From IMG/VR virus record IMGVR_UViG_3300045988_023867: a stretch of DNA of 64,000 nt, one strand, 5' to 3'. Made by a program: the position numbers and the translations under genes. Positions within the stretch are counted from its first letter, which is position 1, and each line of letters begins with the position of its first letter. Origin of the DNA: a virus. This document shows positions 59,132 to 64,000 of this stretch, piece by piece. Under the pieces are notes generated by a model, which had not been told where the DNA came from, searched no databases, and was given only the letters and a program-made list of their open reading frames with translations.

Positions 59132-59506
59132 TTATTTGGCTATTAAAGTTTCTTTTAAAGTCTTAATATCGTCAGTATCAAATTCTACTACTTTGTTTAT
59201 AACAGGAATATTCATACGAACTTTACCATTGCCAATCTCAACTCCTCCAAGAACTTCAGGATATTTCTTAACTTGAGCAACGAGAAGATTATCTACAGTT
59301 TCGCTCATAATTCCTTCAACATCAATCATACCATTTTCGTCTTGTACTAATTTTAACAATGAATCTAATTTAGCAAGATTGTTATTAACTGCTCTAGCAA
59401 TAAATGGACGAGTTATAAGAACTAGAGGATTAGTACTTGACATTTCAGATAGTTTAGTATCTACAAAACCAACTATTTTATCTATAATAACTTTTCTTTC
59501 AACCAT
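59132..59506 (-). CDS. Hypothetical protein
   Basis: 124-aa ORF. Confidence 0.5.
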   Translation of the reverse strand: MVERKVIIDKIVGFVDTKLSEMSSTNPLVLITRPFIARAVNNNLAKLDSLLKLVQDENGMIDVEGIMSETVDNLLVAQVKKYPEVLGGVEIGNGKVRMNIPVINKVVEFDTDDIKTLKETLIAK

Positions 59507-59509
59507 GAC

Positions 59510-60007
59510 TTATTTTCCGTTTATAGTTTTAATAAATTCAGCATAAGTAAGATTAGGATTAGCTTGTGTCGCTATTTGGAACTTCTTAAATAGTTCTGCT
59601 TCTTTATTAGCTTCTTCTATAATCTTATTCTTCTTTTCTTTTATATTCTTTAATTGCTTATCTAGCAATTCTTTTCCACGAGGAGTATTAGCAACTTTAC
59701 CTTTAACGGAATTGATAAGTTCTTGTTGTATCATAAACTGTAATTCTTGTTCAATACTAACATAAGTTTCATCTTGTGCAAGAATTTGTTTTTGGTCATT
59801 AGTCAAAGCAGCAACTTCTTTATCTATTTCAGACCATACATCAACTTGTGGTTGAGGCTTAATAGGTTGTTGTGTAAATTGTTGCTTTAAAGCATTTAGT
59901 CGTTCTATTTCTTGACTTATATTATCATAGAATTGTTCGGGCGACGTAACTCTTGACGTTAAAAGTGGGTCGCCTTGTCCTAGATTAAATTGATATTGAG
60001 GTGTCAT
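59510..60007 (-). CDS. Hypothetical coiled-coil protein
   Basis: 165-aa Q/E/K-rich ORF. Confidence 0.5.
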   Translation of the reverse strand: MTPQYQFNLGQGDPLLTSRVTSPEQFYDNISQEIERLNALKQQFTQQPIKPQPQVDVWSEIDKEVAALTNDQKQILAQDETYVSIEQELQFMIQQELINSVKGKVANTPRGKELLDKQLKNIKEKKNKIIEEANKEAELFKKFQIATQANPNLTYAEFIKTINGK

Positions 60008-60037
60008 AACTAAAGGAGTTTTAATTGGTTATAAACA

Positions 60038-60070
60038 ATAAGAAGTAGGAGGTGGTTCTCCTACTTCTAA
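60038..60070 (-). terminator. Terminator hairpin (GAAGTAGGAG/CTCCTACTTC) after ORF 60092-60790
   Basis: 10-bp stem. The - strand reading is followed by TTATTGTTTAT. Confidence 0.6.
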
Positions 60071-60091
60071 ATCAATAACAGAATTTACTTA

Positions 60092-60790
60092 TTAAGCAGT
60101 TGGTGCAGTCGCTGTTGAGGTACAAGCACAAGGATTATAGCTACCATAACCTGTAACAACAGGAGTATTCGGTAATACAACCTCACCACTAATCATGCGG
60201 CAAGTTCTACGCCACAAGTTAAAGTCTGCATGGTCAGCAACTCTCTGAATATCGCACTGAATAAGTTTATCCTGATAAGGACGAGTAGCTTTCAATACAG
60301 CAACTTCTGTACGAAGAGCACCAATTTCTCCGGCAAGTTCATCTTTGCTATCACGTGAATATTTGTACAGGTCAAACGCATCTTGATTATGTTTAGCATT
60401 GATTACATCAAAACCGCTACGCATTGCAGAATAAATGCCAAACATTTCTTGATTAATAACCTGGCGGTCATTGAAACGTTGTCCTTGTTCATTGTACACG
60501 TGTTGCCACATAGCATTAGTTAATGCAACCATATCTTCACATTCTTTACGTTCAAGATATTGTTCATTTGAACTAATAGCTACTTCAGCAGCAGTAGCTG
60601 CTCCACAATTCCGACCAAACAAGCCGCAATTATTAAGCCCGCCATTAAGCAACCATAAAGCAGTACCAGCAATACCAAGCCCCAAAGCTGTGCCAGCAAC
60701 TCCCTTAGAAGCATATTCTTTTTCCTCTTTCTTAGTTCCGTCATTGACTTGAACGAAGCTTTTACCATCCGTTTCTTCTACGAATCTCAT
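60092..60790 (-). CDS. Hypothetical membrane-anchored protein
   Basis: TM segment GVAGTALGLGIAGTALWLL near the N-terminus. Followed by a terminator at 60042-60067. Confidence 0.5.
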   Translation of the reverse strand: MRFVEETDGKSFVQVNDGTKKEEKEYASKGVAGTALGLGIAGTALWLLNGGLNNCGLFGRNCGAATAAEVAISSNEQYLERKECEDMVALTNAMWQHVYNEQGQRFNDRQVINQEMFGIYSAMRSGFDVINAKHNQDAFDLYKYSRDSKDELAGEIGALRTEVAVLKATRPYQDKLIQCDIQRVADHADFNLWRRTCRMISGEVVLPNTPVVTGYGSYNPCACTSTATAPTA

Positions 60791-60867
60791 AATCTTCTAG
60801 TTTTAAAATTGTTAATAAATCTGTTACTTGTAATCGACTACGAAGCAAAGGTCGGAAACGGACAAAA

Positions 60868-60908
60868 GAAAAGGCACACTTACAGAATTAACTGCAAGTA
60901 TGCCTTGT
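60868..60908 (-). terminator. Terminator hairpin (AAGGCACACTT/AAGTATGCCTT) after ORF 60948-61319
   Basis: 11-bp stem with one mismatch. The - strand reading is followed by TTCTTTTGT. Confidence 0.55.
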
Positions 60909-60947
60909 TCAATTAGTTATCTTAAATACTCAATACCAATCAGTACA

Positions 60948-61319
60948 TCATAAGCCTTTTCTACTGCTGTATTTCCGTACCTTATTCATGGTAGCTTCAT
61001 CAAAATCTTTAGGACTCCAACTAAGTTCTTTGAATCCTACTTCTTTATGACCAGGAGGTATTATACCTAGTTTAACATAAGTATCAAAAGTACTAGGACT
61101 ACAATGTAATATCTTCTCACAAGCATAAGTTTTACTTATTCTTTTAATACCTCTATTAAGTTTAGTAAGGTCATCTATAATAGCATTAAGTTCCTCTTCG
61201 GTATGATTACTATTACCTGCGTCTATATTCTTTATAGCTTCTTCAAGTAATCCTCTTAGTAATCTAATCTTTACGTTCATCATTTCTCTTAATTTCTTTA
61301 ACATGACTTCTAGCAGCAA
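60948..61319 (-). CDS. Hypothetical protein
   Basis: 123-aa ORF, followed by a terminator at 60871-60905. Confidence 0.45.
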   Translation of the reverse strand: MLLEVMLKKLREMMNVKIRLLRGLLEEAIKNIDAGNSNHTEEELNAIIDDLTKLNRGIKRISKTYACEKILHCSPSTFDTYVKLGIIPPGHKEVGFKELSWSPKDFDEATMNKVRKYSSRKGL

Positions 61320-61644
61320 GTAGTATAAATATTCCAGCTATAACATAATAACTACTAAGTAATTCAATGTCTGTTACAGGTATATGAAATACTTTATCAA
61401 TAGTTGCTATTATAATATTTATAAGATTTGCTGTTATAATATGTCTATGCCAATTACAAAATCCAAAAGTGAAACTACAAACATAAAGCATAGATATATT
61501 CACTATTGAATTTCCTAAAAGAAAGTCTCCAATATAGTCAAATTCAATATTAATATCATACGTATATAAACTATTGTTTATTAACATACCAATCAATTGT
61601 ATGATTGGTATGTATTTGATTGTTAAAACAAACAGTCTTTTCAT
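61264..61644 (-). CDS. Hypothetical multi-pass membrane protein, holin-like
   Basis: Three predicted TM helices in 126 aa. Confidence 0.45.
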   Translation of the reverse strand: MKRLFVLTIKYIPIIQLIGMLINNSLYTYDINIEFDYIGDFLLGNSIVNISMLYVCSFTFGFCNWHRHIITANLINIIIATIDKVFHIPVTDIELLSSYYVIAGIFILLAARSHVKEIKRNDERKD

Positions 61645-61712
61645 TACTTTGTTTTAGTCGGTTTCTTAGGTCCTGTAGTTCCTACACCTTTAGTCGGTCT
61701 ACCTTTAGCCAT
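61644..61712 (-). CDS. Possible 22-aa highly basic peptide (MAKGRPTKGVGTTGPKKPTKTK)
   Basis: Short ORF found by eye in the gap between two membrane-protein genes. Its stop overlaps the downstream ATG (TAATG). Confidence 0.2.
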   Translation of the reverse strand: MAKGRPTKGVGTTGPKKPTKTK

Positions 61713-61732
61713 AACTTTTGTAGTTTAATTTG

Positions 61733-62059
61733 TTAATTCATATAATCATCTATCTGTTTATAACCAATACCTAACTTTATAAAGATTGGTCTCATTATCC
61801 AACTCCAAAACACAGGAGCAAGAATAGCAGAATTAAGTAATGTAATTTTGTTATCATAATTTAATATAACATATATAGTACTAACTACTATAATAGATAT
61901 AATTAATATTAGTCGTTTAGTCCAAGTAGGGACTTTAGCATCACCATTAACATAATCTATAATCTTTATTATTATATATGTTAGTACATTGACTATAAAC
62001 ATATAAGCGAAATCAAAATTATTAATTATCTTATCAATTACAACATCTAAGTAGTTCAT
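61733..62059 (-). CDS. Hypothetical multi-pass membrane protein, holin-like
   Basis: Three hydrophobic helices in 108 aa. Confidence 0.45.
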   Translation of the reverse strand: MNYLDVVIDKIINNFDFAYMFIVNVLTYIIIKIIDYVNGDAKVPTWTKRLILIISIIVVSTIYVILNYDNKITLLNSAILAPVFWSWIMRPIFIKLGIGYKQIDDYMN

Positions 62060-62112
62060 TTTCTAGTAATTTAGAATATTTAACATATAACACTTATAGC
62101 AAAATCTAATTA

Positions 62113-62421
62113 TTAAAGCGTATCATCTTCTTGTTTCCAATTATCATTTTGAAGTAAGTCTTCAAGTTCTTTACCACTATAAACAGGAAATGGACAAACA
62201 TATTCTGGAGCTTCTATAGGTTCTCCTGTTTCATCAAGAGTCATAGGAATACTAGCAAGTTGTTCTTCAATTTCTTCCTTAAACAGCGCCTTATAGTTAT
62301 CCAACTTCATAAGTACTTTACCACCTTTCGGACTTCTACGAGGGGCTAAATGCAATTCTTCAATTCGTTCAGGCAAAGCAGTCTCTAGCTTTGCTACTGT
62401 AAGTTCTACATAATCAATCAT
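62113..62421 (-). CDS. Hypothetical acidic protein
   Basis: 102-aa ORF. Start overlaps the upstream gene's stop. Confidence 0.45.
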   Translation of the reverse strand: MIDYVELTVAKLETALPERIEELHLAPRRSPKGGKVLMKLDNYKALFKEEIEEQLASIPMTLDETGEPIEAPEYVCPFPVYSGKELEDLLQNDNWKQEDDTL

Positions 62422-63959
62422 AATTCTTTTTTCTTAAATATTGGGTTAGTTATATCAATTAATTCATCTTTCTCAAACAAGTTCTTTAGCATATTAATAG
62501 ATAGTCGGTCTATGGTCTTGGTGTAGAACATGAGCTTATAGAATACGACTTTTCTATACAACTCTCTAAGTCTTCCAATTGCTAATCCTGCGCTATCAAC
62601 TCCAGAACCTTTGGTTATGACATTTCCATTATAACTAGTAGGAGTAGCCCAACTAATTTTAGATTCTTCTAATGGAATAACATTCTGATATTGGAATGAA
62701 ATAACATAATTACTACTCCAATAGCATTCCATTACAAGAGAGTTTACATTATTGTCTCCATTTATTGCATTACCTTTTACTAGGAAAGTTTGATTATTAA
62801 CTAATGCACTTTCAGGAAATTCTCTCTTAGCAATAACCGTAAAATCAGTCACAGCAGGAATAACAGTATTAATGGCATGGTCTTCTACTCCATCTAATAG
62901 TAAGCCGTTATCATCTGTATATCCACTCTCACTATTATAAGCAACATTCTTAACCTCTAGTGCATTAGCAACGTCTTTACTTACTTGGTCAGCAATAAGA
63001 TTCCTATCTGTATCAGTATTCTTCTTACCATAAGCATCCCAATAATATTCAGGTCTCTCTACATAACCACCTTCAATACCTACAATATCATTAAACTCCT
63101 TTATTTCTTCTTCATTAGGCACATCGGGGAAGAGCATAAAATCAAAGAGAGCCATTTGAGCATAAAACGCATTACATTTTGCATTGCTTCCAATTACTGG
63201 AGAAACAGTATTATCGTTATTAGAATTGCTATTAGTTATAGTTATATTATGAGTTATATCTTTTAATTGCGATCCTTTAACAGATGTATTTAATACTCCA
63301 TCAATATAAGTTTCCCCGTCATTCCTAGAACTATAAGCAATAGAGTCTTCATTATTGAAATTAGGAATATATATAGCGAAGCTATTAGGGTTATTATCCC
63401 CCCTTCTTTGGTCATACAGCATTAAAGCATCCTTATTCCAATTTACTTTCATCAACATACACTTACCACCATGCTTAATAGTAGGGATAGTAATATGGTC
63501 ATTCACCCCATCAAGACAGAATGAGCCTTCATATTGTCCTATCTGTTGGATAGTAATATCACAATCTCCAATTACAGAACCGTCTAATGAAGTTATCATA
63601 AATCCATACCATCCAGCTACTAAATCGACAGATATTTCATTAACTCCATTGACCAATTCTTTCATAATAGATCCGGCATTATTAAAAGTACATTTCATAT
63701 CAGATGTAAGACCTGTGATATTAACTTTAAAGTTAGATTTATCACCTGTATTGGCAGTAGTATTAGGTTCAAATAATGCTTGATTTGGATTGTACTGTCC
63801 TTTTAAACTAGTTATATGAAGACTACTATCTGTAATAGTACTAGTAATCCCACTCTTTGAAATCCTCCAAGTATTCCAATTATATACATATCTATTAGCT
63901 CCACTCATTTCCGCATAAGCAGAGTTGTTGATTATCCCATGATTCCCTTTACCTGTCAA
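62418..63959 (-). CDS. N/S/T/G-rich protein (513 aa), tail fibre or receptor-binding-like
   Basis: Composition typical of receptor-binding proteins. Confidence 0.6.
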   Translation of the reverse strand: MTGKGNHGIINNSAYAEMSGANRYVYNWNTWRISKSGITSTITDSSLHITSLKGQYNPNQALFEPNTTANTGDKSNFKVNITGLTSDMKCTFNNAGSIMKELVNGVNEISVDLVAGWYGFMITSLDGSVIGDCDITIQQIGQYEGSFCLDGVNDHITIPTIKHGGKCMLMKVNWNKDALMLYDQRRGDNNPNSFAIYIPNFNNEDSIAYSSRNDGETYIDGVLNTSVKGSQLKDITHNITITNSNSNNDNTVSPVIGSNAKCNAFYAQMALFDFMLFPDVPNEEEIKEFNDIVGIEGGYVERPEYYWDAYGKKNTDTDRNLIADQVSKDVANALEVKNVAYNSESGYTDDNGLLLDGVEDHAINTVIPAVTDFTVIAKREFPESALVNNQTFLVKGNAINGDNNVNSLVMECYWSSNYVISFQYQNVIPLEESKISWATPTSYNGNVITKGSGVDSAGLAIGRLRELYRKVVFYKLMFYTKTIDRLSINMLKNLFEKDELIDITNPIFKKKEL

Positions 63960-64000
63960 GTCCGGAATGTAGCCTAGTATCTTGTAGCTAGAATTTGGAA

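Noticed and set aside
62331-62348. Possible 17th element copy CTTCTACGAGGGGCT in ORF 62113-62421.
   Set aside because: Only a 9-10-nt partial match lacking the GGGGGAAC run. Too degenerate to call.

Overview
This window is an AT-rich (~30% GC) dsDNA phage segment with crAss-like (Crassvirales-like) organisation. A + strand replication and nucleotide-metabolism module (about 0.5-23.6 kb) holds a Dda-like SF1 helicase, a proofreading family-B DNA polymerase, a DnaG-like primase, an ATP-dependent ligase, an SSB-like protein, a P-loop kinase, ThyX, an HNH homing endonuclease, dUTPase and a glutaredoxin-like protein. It runs convergently into a - strand virion module (23.8-64 kb) at a bidirectional terminator near 23.75 kb. 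The - strand module includes a 4454-aa giant protein carrying a DxDxD motif of the kind seen in virion-packaged RNA polymerases of crAss-like phages, several other very large virion proteins, tail-fibre-like proteins and small membrane proteins. Only a handful of ORFs could be named from conserved motifs; the rest are called hypothetical. I found no tRNA or CRISPR array, and the standard genetic code appears to be in use.

The most striking signal is a dispersed family of 16 or more copies of a ~30-bp GC-rich element (forward core CCTCTACGGGGGAAC, reverse GTTCCCCCGTAGAGG). Copies occur in both orientations, and 14 sit in-frame inside protein-coding genes, including the polymerase, primase, ligase and the giant RNAP-like protein. 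Two longer intergenic versions carry hairpins whose stems show compensatory base changes, and one forms a MITE-like composite with terminal inverted repeats. A second recurring signal is a conserved GAGCCTTAAAAT-type motif 20-50 nt upstream of genes on both strands, which I read as a candidate phage promoter.

All functional calls rest on motifs read by eye. No database search was possible.
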